Shown piece after piece: positions 9,774 through 19,649 of a stretch of DNA of 64,000 nucleotides (positions are counted from its first letter, which is position 1; the number at the start of each line of letters is the position of its first letter). The translations under genes were made by a program, and so were the position numbers. The notes beneath the pieces are model-generated. The model did no database searches and had not been told where the DNA came from. It was given only the letters and a program-made list of their open reading frames with translations. This stretch comes from Candidatus Eiseniibacteriota bacterium (GTDB lineage: Bacteria > Eisenbacteria > RBG-16-71-46 > SZUA-252). The DNA lies in NCBI GenBank assembly GCA_963703225.1, contig OY969801.1:640001-704000 (forward strand), in the 5' to 3' direction.

Positions 9774-10361
9774 TCAGCGCCGCCTGCCGGCGAGTTCCCG
9801 CTGGCGATAGCATGAGACCTCGTGATCGTTCACCATTCCCACCGCCTGCATGAAGGCGTAGACGATCGTGAAGCCGACGAACCGGAAGCCTCGCCTCTTC
9901 AGATCCACACTGAGGGCGTCCGAGTCCGGCGTGCGAGCGGGGACCTCATGCAAGCCCGCCCGTCGATTCTGGATCGGCATTCCGTTCACGAATTGCCAGA
10001 CGTAGCTGTCGAAGCTCCCGAACTCCTCTCTCACGTCGAGAAACGCGCGGGCGTTCGACACGGTCGACTCGATCTTGAGACGGTTTCGCACGATACCGGG
10101 ATTCTTCATGAGCACCCCGCGTCGCCGCGCATCGAATCGAGCGACGCGCGCCGGGTCGAAGCCGGCGAAGGCCTCGCGGTAGCTCTCCCGTTTGCGGAGG
10201 ATCGTGCTCCAGGAAAGACCGGCCTGCGCACCCTCCAAGGTCAGGAACTCGAAGAGGCGCCGATCATCGTGTACCGGCACGCCCCACTCCTCATCGTGGT
10301 AGCGGCGCATCAAGGGATCACTCCCGGCCCACGCGCAAACCCGTTTGCTTGATGCGTTCAT
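9774..10361 (-). CDS. tag: DNA-3-methyladenine glycosylase I
   Basis: CAWA, YHDEEWGVP, LEGAQAGLSWSTIL, IVRNRLKI, QAVGMVNDH. Confidence 0.97.
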   Translation of the reverse strand: MNASSKRVCAWAGSDPLMRRYHDEEWGVPVHDDRRLFEFLTLEGAQAGLSWSTILRKRESYREAFAGFDPARVARFDARRRGVLMKNPGIVRNRLKIESTVSNARAFLDVREEFGSFDSYVWQFVNGMPIQNRRAGLHEVPARTPDSDALSVDLKRRGFRFVGFTIVYAFMQAVGMVNDHEVSCYRQRELAGRRR

Positions 10362-10400
10362 GCAGAAATCGCTCCTCGGGCGGGCACGGACATGGCCTGC

Positions 10401-11045
10401 CTATCGCCTCGCGAATTTGAGATGAGTCACCTTTGGCGCGGCGACCGTTCGCACGAGCTCGAGCCCGTGCAGATCGTCGCCGACACGGGCGAACAAGCGC
10501 TCACCGCTGCCGAGCAGCGTCGGCACGACGCTGATCTCCATCTCGTCTACCAGGCCCGCCGCGAGATACTGCTGTGCGGCACTGGCTCCACCGGCGAGCG
10601 ATACATCCTTGCCGCCGGCGGCCCGCCGCGCCTGGTCAAGTGCTGTCTCGATGCCGTCGGTGACGAACGTGAAGGTGTTTCCGCCTTCAAGCTTGAGCGG
10701 CTCGCGTGAATGATGCGTGAGTACGAACACCGAATGATGGAACGGCGGGTTGACCCCCCACCAACCGTCCCACGGCTTTTTGGCATCCCAAGGGCCGGGG
10801 TGGCCGCCAAACATGTTGCGCCCCATCACCGTGGCCCCAATGTTGGCAAGCGACTCCTCGACGACCCGTGTGCTTTCGTCGACCTCCCCGCCTGGGAGGC
10901 CGTGCATCGCTCGCCAGATGGTGAGTGGAAACACCCACTCATGAAGGCGCATGCCGCCGATCCCGAGAGGGTTGTCCACGCTCTGGCTGGGTCCGGCGAC
11001 AAAGCCGTCGAGCGACATCGAGATCTTGAACCGCAGCTTGGACAC
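10401..11045 (-). CDS. dihydrofolate reductase/RibD C-terminal family protein
   Basis: ISMSLDGFVAGP, VMGRNMF, GGASAAQQYLAAGLVDE, PTLLGSGERLF. Confidence 0.92.
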   Translation of the reverse strand: MSKLRFKISMSLDGFVAGPSQSVDNPLGIGGMRLHEWVFPLTIWRAMHGLPGGEVDESTRVVEESLANIGATVMGRNMFGGHPGPWDAKKPWDGWWGVNPPFHHSVFVLTHHSREPLKLEGGNTFTFVTDGIETALDQARRAAGGKDVSLAGGASAAQQYLAAGLVDEMEISVVPTLLGSGERLFARVGDDLHGLELVRTVAAPKVTHLKFARR

Positions 11046-11094
11046 GTTCTATCTCCTATCTCACGATGTCTCGATTGCCAGGGGGCCGAAGATG

Positions 11095-11334
11095 TCACGC
11101 CTGGTCGTCGTCCTCGCGCAGGTGGCCGAAACCCGAGTCCTCGCTCAGCATCTGCCCGTCCAGCCAGCGATCCAGGATGCTCCTGCGAAAGCGCCACTCT
11201 TTCCCGAGCTTGACTGCGGGGATGCGCTTCTCCTGCGCCCACTTGTATATCGTCTGGGGCTTGAGGCGCAGGTAAAGCGCCACCTCCTCCAGCGTCAGAA
11301 TCTCATGGTCGTGGGGTGGGTTCGAGCCGCTCAA
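11095..11334 (-). CDS. excisionase/BldC-like (HTH_17) DNA-binding protein
   Basis: ILTLEEVALYLRLKPQTIYKWAQEKRIPAVKLGKEWRF; TTG start overlaps the upstream stop (TTGA). Confidence 0.9.
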   Translation of the reverse strand: MSGSNPPHDHEILTLEEVALYLRLKPQTIYKWAQEKRIPAVKLGKEWRFRRSILDRWLDGQMLSEDSGFGHLREDDDQA

Positions 11335-12182
11335 CGCGCGCGTGCCCCGCTGCTGTCGGAGGATGAGGGCGGCTGGAGGTTGAACGGGATTCCCGCGGGG
11401 CGCCGGATCAACGATGGATCGACCGGTGACACGTCGAAATCGCCCGGCGACATCTTTCCCTCCCCGCGCGAGAGTCTCTCCAGCGAATAGACCACGGCAG
11501 TGTAGAAGTTGCCCTCGTTGTGACGAAACAGCCGGAAGGGCTGACCGCGGTCCCCCACGAAGGGCTGAAGGTTCCACGCCATCTGAATGCCGACGAATGC
11601 GAACAGCACGGCCCAGACCTTCATGATGGTCATCGCCTTCTTGGGGTAGACACCACGTTTCTCGCAGGCGAACGCAAGGCCGTCGTGCAGCGCGGCCATC
11701 CCCAGAAGCCCGGCACCGAGCACGATCAGCACGTGCAGGAGCGTGAGGAAGTAGTAGTTGGCTCCGGTGAAAAGGAAGAACACGGTGATGGGCACGACGG
11801 CCCCGAGCAGGATCGCGCTGACCGAGAGTGCGCCGAGCACCAGCGCGAGGACCTGCGCTAGCCGTAGGCGCGAGCCGACCAGCACCTGGATTACGAAGAA
11901 CCCGGGGAAGCAGATCGCGAGGGTTCCCAGGAACAGGAACGGCAACTTGATCGCTGCCGAGACGGCCTGGGCGGGGCTCGCGTAGGAACCCGCGGCGGCA
12001 CCGTAGATAGCGGAGAGTCCCACGAGCGTCCACAGGGCGTAGGTGAGTTTCTGGCGCAGTCCCTCGCCTTCAACGACCTCCTCGAAGAACCGGTCGCGAT
12101 CGCTGAGGATCTGCGTCAGATATGCCGTAAACCCGGTGGCGGATGCTGGGGAAGCAACCTGCGTCGCGGGGGCTCTGGTCAT
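11331..12182 (-). CDS. conserved multi-TM membrane protein (Yip1-like; family often mis-annotated 'actin-binding WH2')
   Basis: SAAIKLPFLFLGTLAICFP, FVGIQMAWNLQPFVG, GNFY; strong GAAAGGAGGG RBS. Confidence 0.75.
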   Translation of the reverse strand: MTRAPATQVASPASATGFTAYLTQILSDRDRFFEEVVEGEGLRQKLTYALWTLVGLSAIYGAAAGSYASPAQAVSAAIKLPFLFLGTLAICFPGFFVIQVLVGSRLRLAQVLALVLGALSVSAILLGAVVPITVFFLFTGANYYFLTLLHVLIVLGAGLLGMAALHDGLAFACEKRGVYPKKAMTIMKVWAVLFAFVGIQMAWNLQPFVGDRGQPFRLFRHNEGNFYTAVVYSLERLSRGEGKMSPGDFDVSPVDPSLIRRPAGIPFNLQPPSSSDSSGARAR

Positions 12183-12206
12183 GGCGGCGGCCCTCCTTTC
12201 GCGATG

Positions 12207-12260
12207 ATCATCCCGCTCCGGACAGGCTATGTCAATGTTTATTTATGTTTGTTGCTGTTA
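12207..12260 (-). promoter_or_regulatory. sigma70-like promoter with three 10-bp-spaced direct repeats
   Basis: Minus-strand TTGACA at 12235-12230, 17 nt, GATGAT; plus-strand ATGTTT (12235), ATGTTT (12245), CTGTTA (12255). Confidence 0.55.
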
Positions 12261-12381
12261 TCTGGCCCCCTCGGAGGGATGTTGGCTGTATGGGCGCCTA
12301 TTTCGCAAGTGTATGCTACCCTTCCCGCCGGCTGGTAATGACCTGTAGTCAACAGGACTTGGACCCGATCGCCCGACCGAC

Positions 12382-14067
12382 GTGACCCGCCCGAGGAGCC
12401 GACGAGGCCCTAAGCCCCCAGAGCCCGCCGCTCTTTCCGTCCGCGTCCAGCTCCTCCTGTTTGGAGTCGCGTTCGCCCTCCGGCTGCTGCACGTCTTGGC
12501 GATCCGCGATAACCCCTACTTCAACCACCCCATCATCGACGCGGGCACCTACGACCAGGCCGCGCGCGCGATCGCGTCCGGGCATGGTCACCCCGACCTC
12601 GTCTTCTGGCAGCCGCCGGGTTACACATACTTTCTCGGCTTCATCTACGCGCTATTCGACGGCAGCCATCTCGCTCCGCGGATCATTCAGGCGGTTCTCG
12701 GCGCAGGATCGGCGCTTCTCACCGCTCGGATCGGCGCCCTCGCTTTTAGCCCCGCGATCGGAATCGCGGCGGGCATGGCGGTCGGATGTTATGGAACCCT
12801 GATCTACGACGACGCGGAGCTTCTCACTCCGGCGGTCACCATCGCGCTCCAGCTCGCAAGCGTTGAGCTTGCGTTGCGCGCCGTGAATCGAGCCTCGGGA
12901 CCGCGATGGGCGGGAGTTGGATTTTTAGCCGGCCTCGCGTCGACGGTCACGGCGACGACGCTGGTGTGGGTCGCGGTTTTCGCTTTCTTCGCGCGCCGTT
13001 ACGCGCCGGCGGTCCTCCTCGCGGCCGCTGTGGCCATCATGCCTCTTACCTGGAGGAATGCGGTCCGGGGAAGGGAGGCGGTTCTGATCTCGACCAACGG
13101 CGGGATCAATCTATACATCGGCAACAATCCACACTACGACGAGATGGTCGGCGTTCGTCCCGACCTCCAATGGAAGCGGTTGGTCCGGGAGCCGTTCCGC
13201 GCCGGCATCCGAGGCAAGTCGGCCGCCTCGAATTACTTCGTCCAGAGAGTCTTCCAGTTCGCGGTGCAGGATCCAGGAGGCTTTCTCGCGATCCAGGCGA
13301 AGAAACTCTATCTGCTCCTCGCGGGGAACGAGATCCCGCGCAATCAGGCAATCTATCCGTTCCGCGTGGAGTCGCCGATCCTCGCCGCGCTGCTCTGGAA
13401 AGTCCCGGGTCTGGCGTTTCCCTGGGGCCTGCTCGCCCCGACCGCGCTTGTCGGGCTGGTGACAACCTGGCGACGGGCGCCCTTGCTCGCCGCGCTCCTC
13501 GTCGCCTATGGGGCCACCGTGGTGGCATTTTTCATCACCGCGCGCTATCGACTCCCGCTCGTGCCTCTCGCGACGATCTTTGCGGCCGGCGGGGTCGCCT
13601 GGTTCGTCCGCGAGGGGGACTGGCGCCGCCGCGTCGGGGCCCTGTCCGCATGGGCAGCCCTCTATGCCGTCTCCAACGTCGGCCAGGGACCGATGGAGCG
13701 GCGGATGAATCCGGACGCGGAGTACAGCCTTGGTGCCAGCTACGATGAGGAAGGGAATCGCCGAGAGGCGCGTCGCTACTACCTCGCCGCGCTGGAGCAG
13801 CGACCGGACTATCCCGAGGCCTGGGTCAACCTGGGCGTGTTGGACGCGACCGAAGGGCGCCCGGCCCAGGCGGAGGAGGAGTTTCGCCGAGCGCTCGCGT
13901 TGGAGCCCGACGAGCCGGTCACCCTCGTCAATCTCGGGATCCTTTGCGAAAAATCAGGACGGACTGAGGAGGCGGCCGGCCTCTACCGGCGGGCCCTGGC
14001 CGTGGAACCCGGCGACGTCGAAGCGCGCCGGAGGCTCTCGGCGCTGGAGCGCCCGGCGGCGCCCTAG
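12382..14067 (+). CDS. GT39/PMT-like membrane glycosyltransferase with C-terminal TPR repeats
   Basis: IDAGTYD, FWQPPGYTYFLG, GINLYIGNNP, RYRLPLVP; TPRs (PEAWVNLG, TLVNLG). Confidence 0.85.
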   Translation: MTRPRSRRGPKPPEPAALSVRVQLLLFGVAFALRLLHVLAIRDNPYFNHPIIDAGTYDQAARAIASGHGHPDLVFWQPPGYTYFLGFIYALFDGSHLAPRIIQAVLGAGSALLTARIGALAFSPAIGIAAGMAVGCYGTLIYDDAELLTPAVTIALQLASVELALRAVNRASGPRWAGVGFLAGLASTVTATTLVWVAVFAFFARRYAPAVLLAAAVAIMPLTWRNAVRGREAVLISTNGGINLYIGNNPHYDEMVGVRPDLQWKRLVREPFRAGIRGKSAASNYFVQRVFQFAVQDPGGFLAIQAKKLYLLLAGNEIPRNQAIYPFRVESPILAALLWKVPGLAFPWGLLAPTALVGLVTTWRRAPLLAALLVAYGATVVAFFITARYRLPLVPLATIFAAGGVAWFVREGDWRRRVGALSAWAALYAVSNVGQGPMERRMNPDAEYSLGASYDEEGNRREARRYYLAALEQRPDYPEAWVNLGVLDATEGRPAQAEEEFRRALALEPDEPVTLVNLGILCEKSGRTEEAAGLYRRALAVEPGDVEARRRLSALERPAAP

Positions 14068-14093
14068 TGTGGCGATCCCCCCTCGAAATGGTC

Positions 14094-14123
14094 TTGACGC
14101 GGCCTATGCGTTTTGTATACAAT
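14094..14123 (+). promoter_or_regulatory. sigma70 promoter overlapped by GntR-type palindrome TTGTATACAA
   Basis: TTGACG 14094-14099, 18 nt, TACAAT 14118-14123; palindrome 14113-14122; gntR gene downstream. Confidence 0.7.
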
Positions 14124-14162
14124 ATTCAAAAGCACCGTCTCCCGCCTGAAGGAGGGTCATTC

Positions 14163-15869
14163 ATGTCTCGCACGGTTGGTGGTGGAATCGCCGCGGCGGC
14201 GGCAGCAATCGTGGCTGTCGCCGTCGTTCAGTTCGGTCCTTGGACCAGGGGGTCGGCGGAAACGCCCGATCGCTCGGCGGGGGCCGACCGCTGGTGGGAG
14301 CACGTGTCGGTGCTCGCGAGCGATTCGCTCGCAGGTCGCGCCGCCGGGACGGCCGACTACGAGCGAGCGGCCCAGTACGTCGCGAACGCATTCCGGGCGG
14401 AGGGACTTCTACCCGGGGCGTCGGACGGTTATCTCGACCCGGTTGGCCTCGTCTCTCGGCGGATCGACGAGGGCTCCTCGTCCATCACGCTCACATGCGG
14501 AGGCCGACGCACGCCCCTCACTCTGGGGCGGGACGCCTTCTTCCAACTCGGGGCGCCAGCCCCGGACCGCCTCGAAGCGCCGCTCGTCTTCGTGGGCTAC
14601 GGCCTCCACGCGCCGGAGGCCGGGTTCGACGATCTCCAGGGGCTTGACCTCCGCGGCAGGCTGGCGGTCTTCATTCAGGGCGGGCCGAAGGGAATCGGGG
14701 AGCCGTATCGCTCCCATCTCCAGTCGAACGCCGTGCGATGGGAGGCCATCCGCCGAACGGGGGCGGTCGGATGGATCTCCATTCCCAATCCACGCTTTCT
14801 CGATCTGCCGTTCGAACGGATCGCGCGGCAGCGGCTCGCGCCCGCCATGTCGCTCTCCGATTCCTCCCTCGACGATCGGTACGGGCAGAAGATCTCGATC
14901 CTCTTCAACCCGGCGAGCGCGCCGCTCCTCTTCGAAAGAGCGCCGTATCGCTTTGAAGATATCCTGGCCCTGGCTGATTCGGGCGGCGTGCTTCCTCGCT
15001 TTCCGCTCGCCGTGGAAATCCACGCCGCGGCCCACTACGAATCCAGGCGCGCCATGGCTTCGAACGTCGTGGCGCTTTTGCCGGGCACCGACCGCAAGCT
15101 GCGGCAGGAGGCCGTGATCGTCTCGGCCCACCTCGACCATCTTGGAACGGTCGCGCCGGTCGAAGGCGATTCGATCTGTAACGGCGCGCTCGACAACGCG
15201 GCGGGAGTGGCTTCGCTCCTGGAGGTCGCTCGGATGGCCCACGAGTCGGGGTGGCATGGGCGGCGGACCGTCGTCTTCCTGGCCTGCACGGCGGAGGAGA
15301 AGGGACTTCTCGGCTCGAGATCGTTCGCATTTCGCCCTCCGCGCAGCATGCCGCGCATCGTGGCGGATCTGAACGTCGACATGTTCCTTCCCCTGATTCC
15401 CCTCCGGCGAATGATCGTATTCGGAGAGAACGAGTCCGATCTCGGGCCGCTTGTCCGTGACGCAGCGGCCCGGCAGGGGGTGGAGATCCAGCCCGATCCG
15501 GAACCGCTGAAGACTCGATTCATCCGAAGCGACCAGTACAGCTTCATTCGGCGGGGCGTACCGAGCGTGGCGTTCAAGTGCGGATACGAGATCGGGACGG
15601 CCGAGGAGACCCTGATGACGGCATGGCTCCACGAGCGCTACCATGCCCCTTCGGACGACCTCGAGCAGCCGGTCGACCGATCGTGCGCTAAGAAGTTCTC
15701 TCAGATTCTCTTTGAGGCCACGAAAGCGGTCGCGGATCGGCCCGAGGCGCCGCGATGGAGTCAGGAAAGCTTTTTTCGGAGGCTTGCCGCTCGGAGCGTG
15801 AGCAGCTCCGCCCCCTCTTCCGACGGGAAGGCGCTCGCCGATCCGTCTCGTATGGAGCCAGAACGATGA
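14163..15869 (+). CDS. secreted M28 family metallopeptidase with PA domain
   Basis: LASDSLAGR, LVFVGYG (PA), SAHLDHLG, GALDNAAG, AEEKGLLGS, RSDQYSF, YHAPSDD. Confidence 0.93.
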   Translation: MSRTVGGGIAAAAAAIVAVAVVQFGPWTRGSAETPDRSAGADRWWEHVSVLASDSLAGRAAGTADYERAAQYVANAFRAEGLLPGASDGYLDPVGLVSRRIDEGSSSITLTCGGRRTPLTLGRDAFFQLGAPAPDRLEAPLVFVGYGLHAPEAGFDDLQGLDLRGRLAVFIQGGPKGIGEPYRSHLQSNAVRWEAIRRTGAVGWISIPNPRFLDLPFERIARQRLAPAMSLSDSSLDDRYGQKISILFNPASAPLLFERAPYRFEDILALADSGGVLPRFPLAVEIHAAAHYESRRAMASNVVALLPGTDRKLRQEAVIVSAHLDHLGTVAPVEGDSICNGALDNAAGVASLLEVARMAHESGWHGRRTVVFLACTAEEKGLLGSRSFAFRPPRSMPRIVADLNVDMFLPLIPLRRMIVFGENESDLGPLVRDAAARQGVEIQPDPEPLKTRFIRSDQYSFIRRGVPSVAFKCGYEIGTAEETLMTAWLHERYHAPSDDLEQPVDRSCAKKFSQILFEATKAVADRPEAPRWSQESFFRRLAARSVSSSAPSSDGKALADPSRMEPER

Positions 15870-15915
15870 AATGGAACATTCGTGAGATCGCCGCGGCAAA
15901 TCCTATGGGGCCGGT

Positions 15916-16617
15916 ATGACCGCTTCCGACCTCAGCCCGATCGCCGGGACCCTTGTCCGGGCGCCACTTCGACAAGAGGTGCGCCGCGTCGTGCGTCATG
16001 GAATTCTGCAGGGCACCCTCGCGCCAGGCGGTGACGTGAACGAGGCCGAGCTGGCCGCGCAGCTTGGCGTGAGCCGCACGCCGCTTCGCGAAGCGCTCCT
16101 CGGTCTCGAATCCGAGGGTTTTCTTCGGAGCGTGGCGGGACGTGGATTCATGGTGGCGCCGCTGACGGAGAGGGACGTCCATGAGATCTATCCCGTCCTG
16201 TGGACGCTGGAGGGGCAGGCGCTCCAGAGCGCGCCCGTGCCCGACGCGAGCATCATCAAAGAGCTCGCAGCCCTCAACGCCGAGCTGGACGCGTCCACGA
16301 AGTCGCCGGAGAAGGCGCTCGCGCTTGACCGGAGGTGGCACGAGCTGCTGTTGAGCGGGTGCAAGAATCGCCATCTTCTCGACAGGATCCGTCAGATGAA
16401 GGACCTCGCCGAGCGATATGAGCTCGCCTACATGCGCCACTCGGGATTCGTCCCGTTCTCCGCGAAGCAGCATCGTGCCATCATGGCGGCGCTCAGGAAG
16501 AAGGATTTTCCGGGAGCGGTGGCTCACCTGGTGGACAATTGGCGGGTGAGCCAGGAATTCCTTATCCCGTGGATTCGCGAGGCGGCGATGCCAGGACCAC
16601 CGTCGAGGCGCCGGTGA
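15916..16617 (+). CDS. GntR family regulator (FCD effector domain)
   Basis: EAELAAQLGVSRTPLREAL HTH; DRRWH...N and QHRAIM FCD motifs. Confidence 0.95.
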   Translation: MTASDLSPIAGTLVRAPLRQEVRRVVRHGILQGTLAPGGDVNEAELAAQLGVSRTPLREALLGLESEGFLRSVAGRGFMVAPLTERDVHEIYPVLWTLEGQALQSAPVPDASIIKELAALNAELDASTKSPEKALALDRRWHELLLSGCKNRHLLDRIRQMKDLAERYELAYMRHSGFVPFSAKQHRAIMAALRKKDFPGAVAHLVDNWRVSQEFLIPWIREAAMPGPPSRRR

Positions 16618-17807
16618 GCCGGGGCAGCCGGCAAGCCTCGCCGAACGGTCAGCGGCAAGCTCCCGACGTCGTCGAGTTGCTCGCGTCGCTGGTACGGATC
16701 CCTTCGGTGAATCCATCGCTGGCACCCGATGAAGCCACGGGAGAGGCCGCGATCGCGTCGTTCATCCGCGACTGGCTGGGTCGGGTGGGCGTTCCCGCCG
16801 TTCTCGAAGAGGCGGCGCCCGGGCGGCCGAACGTCGTCGGGAGGGTGGGAGGCGGCCCCGGCGCCACGCTCGTCTTTTGCGCCCATATCGACACCGTGGG
16901 CACGGCCGGGATGACGATCCCACCCCTCGAACCGACGCAGCGAGATGGAAAGCTCTACGGCCGCGGGTCCTTCGACATGAAGGGCGGACTCGCCGCGGTC
17001 TTGACCGCGGGGGCGCGACTTCAGCACGAGTGGAGCGCGGCGCCGGGAGGAGGGCCCGGTACGGTGCTCCTTGCCTGCGTCGCCGACGAGGAATACACGA
17101 GTCTCGGCGCGGACCATTTCGTGGCGAACCACAGGGCCGACGCATGCGTGCTGACCGAGGCGAGCGAAGGGGATCTGATCGTCGCCCACAAGGGCTTCGT
17201 CTGGCTTGAACTCCGCACCAAGGGGCGCGCGGCCCATGGAAGCCGCTGGGACCTGGGACGGAGCGCCATCGGCTCGATGGCGCGAATCGTCGACGCGCTC
17301 GAGCGGTTCGACCGCGAGACCCTCCGGGATCGCCGGCACGAGCTGGTGGGCCCGGCCTCCATGCATTGCGCTGTGATTCAGGGAGGGGTCGGGATCTCGA
17401 CCTACGCGCCCGAATGCACGGCCCGAGTCGAGCGGCGAACGCTCCCCGGCGAGTCGCCGGAGAAGGTCGCCGACGAGATTCGCGCCGTTATCGCCTCGAT
17501 CGGCGAGACGGCGGAGGTGACCGTCGAGTTCTCGCGCCCGCCGCTCCTCTGCGATCCGGGGGCGCCGATCGCGGACGCGATGCGGGGCGCCGTCATCGAC
17601 GTGACCGGTGCTTTGCCCCGCGATAAGGGAGTTGGCTACTGGATGGACGCCGCGGTCTTCGCGGCCGCGGGCATTCCGACGGTCGACTACGGTCCGACGG
17701 GCTTCGGTGCTCACGAGGCGGTGGAATGGGTCGAGATCGACTCGGTCAAACGTTGCGCGGACGTCCTGGTGCGCGGGGCGGAGCGATTCTTTGTGGCAAA
17801 GCCGTAA
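16614..17807 (+). CDS. M20 family ArgE/DapE-like deacylase
   Basis: AHIDTV, GRGSFDMKGG, DEE, AHKG, AHEAVEWVEID; GTG start overlaps gntR stop. Confidence 0.92.
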   Translation: MSRGSRQASPNGQRQAPDVVELLASLVRIPSVNPSLAPDEATGEAAIASFIRDWLGRVGVPAVLEEAAPGRPNVVGRVGGGPGATLVFCAHIDTVGTAGMTIPPLEPTQRDGKLYGRGSFDMKGGLAAVLTAGARLQHEWSAAPGGGPGTVLLACVADEEYTSLGADHFVANHRADACVLTEASEGDLIVAHKGFVWLELRTKGRAAHGSRWDLGRSAIGSMARIVDALERFDRETLRDRRHELVGPASMHCAVIQGGVGISTYAPECTARVERRTLPGESPEKVADEIRAVIASIGETAEVTVEFSRPPLLCDPGAPIADAMRGAVIDVTGALPRDKGVGYWMDAAVFAAAGIPTVDYGPTGFGAHEAVEWVEIDSVKRCADVLVRGAERFFVAKP

Positions 17808-17819
17808 CTCGGGGGGAAT

Positions 17820-18911
17820 CTACGCCGCGACGGCTTCTTCCTGGCGACCGAGTCGCCTCAGCGTCTCATAGTGCGACCGGATCGCGCCCACGAGCGTCTC
17901 GTGCCCGTGGTACGGCACGCCATACTTCGTCGCCACGTCGCGTACGATCAGGCTGATCGCGGGATAGTGGACGCTGCAGACCCTGGGGAACAGGTGGTGC
18001 TCGACCTGATAATTGAGCCCCGCCACGTACCACGTGACCCAGCGGCTCCGATTGGCGAAATTCGACGTCGTTTGCATCTGGTGAATCACCCAGGAATCGC
18101 TCATCCGTCCCTGGGCATCGGCCACGGGGTGGCTCGTGTCCTCCACGACGTGCGCGAGCTGGAACACGACGCCGAGAATGATCCCCGCCGTCAGGTGCAT
18201 CGCGACGAATCCGATGAGAAATTGCCACCAAGGAATCGGCAGCACGAGAAGCGGCACGACGATCGCCCACGCGTAGTAAACGGACTTCCCCGCGAACATG
18301 GCGAGCACGTCCTGGGTGCGGTGCTTTCTCCCGTCGAAGGGGCCCAGGTCCGTGCGGAGCAGATGGCGATAGTCCTTCAGGAACACCCAGTTGAGCGTGG
18401 CCATTGCGTAGGTGAGGAAGCCGTAGAAATGCTGGAAGCGGTGGACTGCGCGTAGCTTGGAATGAGGCGAGAGACGGAGGAGAGCCGACACCTCCAGATC
18501 CTCGTCGAGACCGTGGACGTTTGTGTAGGTGTGGTGGATGACATTGTGGGTGAGCTTCCAGAGATAGCTGCTGCCGCCCACGGCGTCGAGGCTCCAACCG
18601 AGCAAACGGTTCACGCCGGGGCGCGAGGAATAGGCGCCGTGGAGCGAGTCGTGCGCGACGCCGAAGCCGATCCCCGCCACGGCCACGCCCAAGAGGATGG
18701 CCAGACCAAGCATCCCGAGGGGCGGGAACCCTCCAAACAGGATCAGCGCGTAGGACCCGACCGCGACCGCGAGAATGATCGCGGTCTTGACCACCATCGC
18801 CACGTTCGCGTTGGGGGAGAGGTGTCGGGATTCGAAGTACTCCGCCACACGTCGCTTCACTTCGGCGCTGAAGGGATGGGGATCGCTGGTATCGAAGATG
18901 ACGCGCGCCAT
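17820..18911 (-). CDS. fatty acid (acyl-CoA/acyl-lipid) desaturase
   Basis: His boxes HDSLH, HNVIHH, QVEHHLFP. Confidence 0.95.
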   Translation of the reverse strand: MARVIFDTSDPHPFSAEVKRRVAEYFESRHLSPNANVAMVVKTAIILAVAVGSYALILFGGFPPLGMLGLAILLGVAVAGIGFGVAHDSLHGAYSSRPGVNRLLGWSLDAVGGSSYLWKLTHNVIHHTYTNVHGLDEDLEVSALLRLSPHSKLRAVHRFQHFYGFLTYAMATLNWVFLKDYRHLLRTDLGPFDGRKHRTQDVLAMFAGKSVYYAWAIVVPLLVLPIPWWQFLIGFVAMHLTAGIILGVVFQLAHVVEDTSHPVADAQGRMSDSWVIHQMQTTSNFANRSRWVTWYVAGLNYQVEHHLFPRVCSVHYPAISLIVRDVATKYGVPYHGHETLVGAIRSHYETLRRLGRQEEAVAA

Positions 18912-19062
18912 CGTGGAGGGCTCCTCCGGGGCCTTTCGGGAACCGTCGCGCTTCGGGTACGGAGACCCGGGGTCGGCCAGCGCGCGTTCCCTATGTATGC
19001 TTACACAGCATCGGCCATCAAGGGTCCGAGGGAAAGCGGAATTATCGGCCGACCGTGTTTTT

Positions 19063-19551
19063 TTACCCCTTCGGCTCCCGTCCGCCCCGCTTTAGAAAGT
19101 AGAGGCTCAGCGATAAGATGAGAATTCCCACAGGCATGACGAGGTGGATCCAGTTCAGCTGCTCCAGATTGGCCATGAAATTGACCATCGCGCCGACCAC
19201 CAGCACGAGGAGGATCGCTTCCCAGAGGAGGAGCTTCAGCTCGGTCAGGTTTCTGACCCGCATCCACTCGGGAATATGCTCCAGGGACTCCTTTCCCGAC
19301 GACATGAGAAACAGGTTCGTCGTACCCAGGGCAAGAACGAGCAAGACCAGCGCAAAGAGGAGTGCGTCGACCGATTCCGCGATATGGAGGCCGGGCCGAT
19401 CCTGGCCCTGCCACCCGGGGCCCTGTGCCAGCAGCTGGTATGCCTCGATTCCTCGCAGCGCCCCTACGGCGAGCAGGCCGACGGCGTGCACCACGAGAAT
19501 GGCCACGACGACGATGGCCAAGTAGCGGATCCGGACCAAGGATTCGAACAA
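19063..19551 (-). CDS. YqhA/UPF0114 family membrane protein
   Basis: ESVDALL, PEWMRVRNLTELKLLL motifs; 4 TM segments. Confidence 0.85.
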   Translation of the reverse strand: MFESLVRIRYLAIVVVAILVVHAVGLLAVGALRGIEAYQLLAQGPGWQGQDRPGLHIAESVDALLFALVLLVLALGTTNLFLMSSGKESLEHIPEWMRVRNLTELKLLLWEAILLVLVVGAMVNFMANLEQLNWIHLVMPVGILILSLSLYFLKRGGREPKG

Positions 19552-19649
19552 GGCAAACCTCCTGGTTAGGCCAAACCGCGCTCGATCTCACTCCTGGGAT
19601 GGTGCTAAACTCTGAATCGCACCAGCCGATCCAACATCCTAGGACAATT

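Noticed and set aside
11095..11334. Excisionase as evidence of a prophage or ICE
   Set aside because: No integrase, att site or phage genes; it is coupled to a membrane-protein gene
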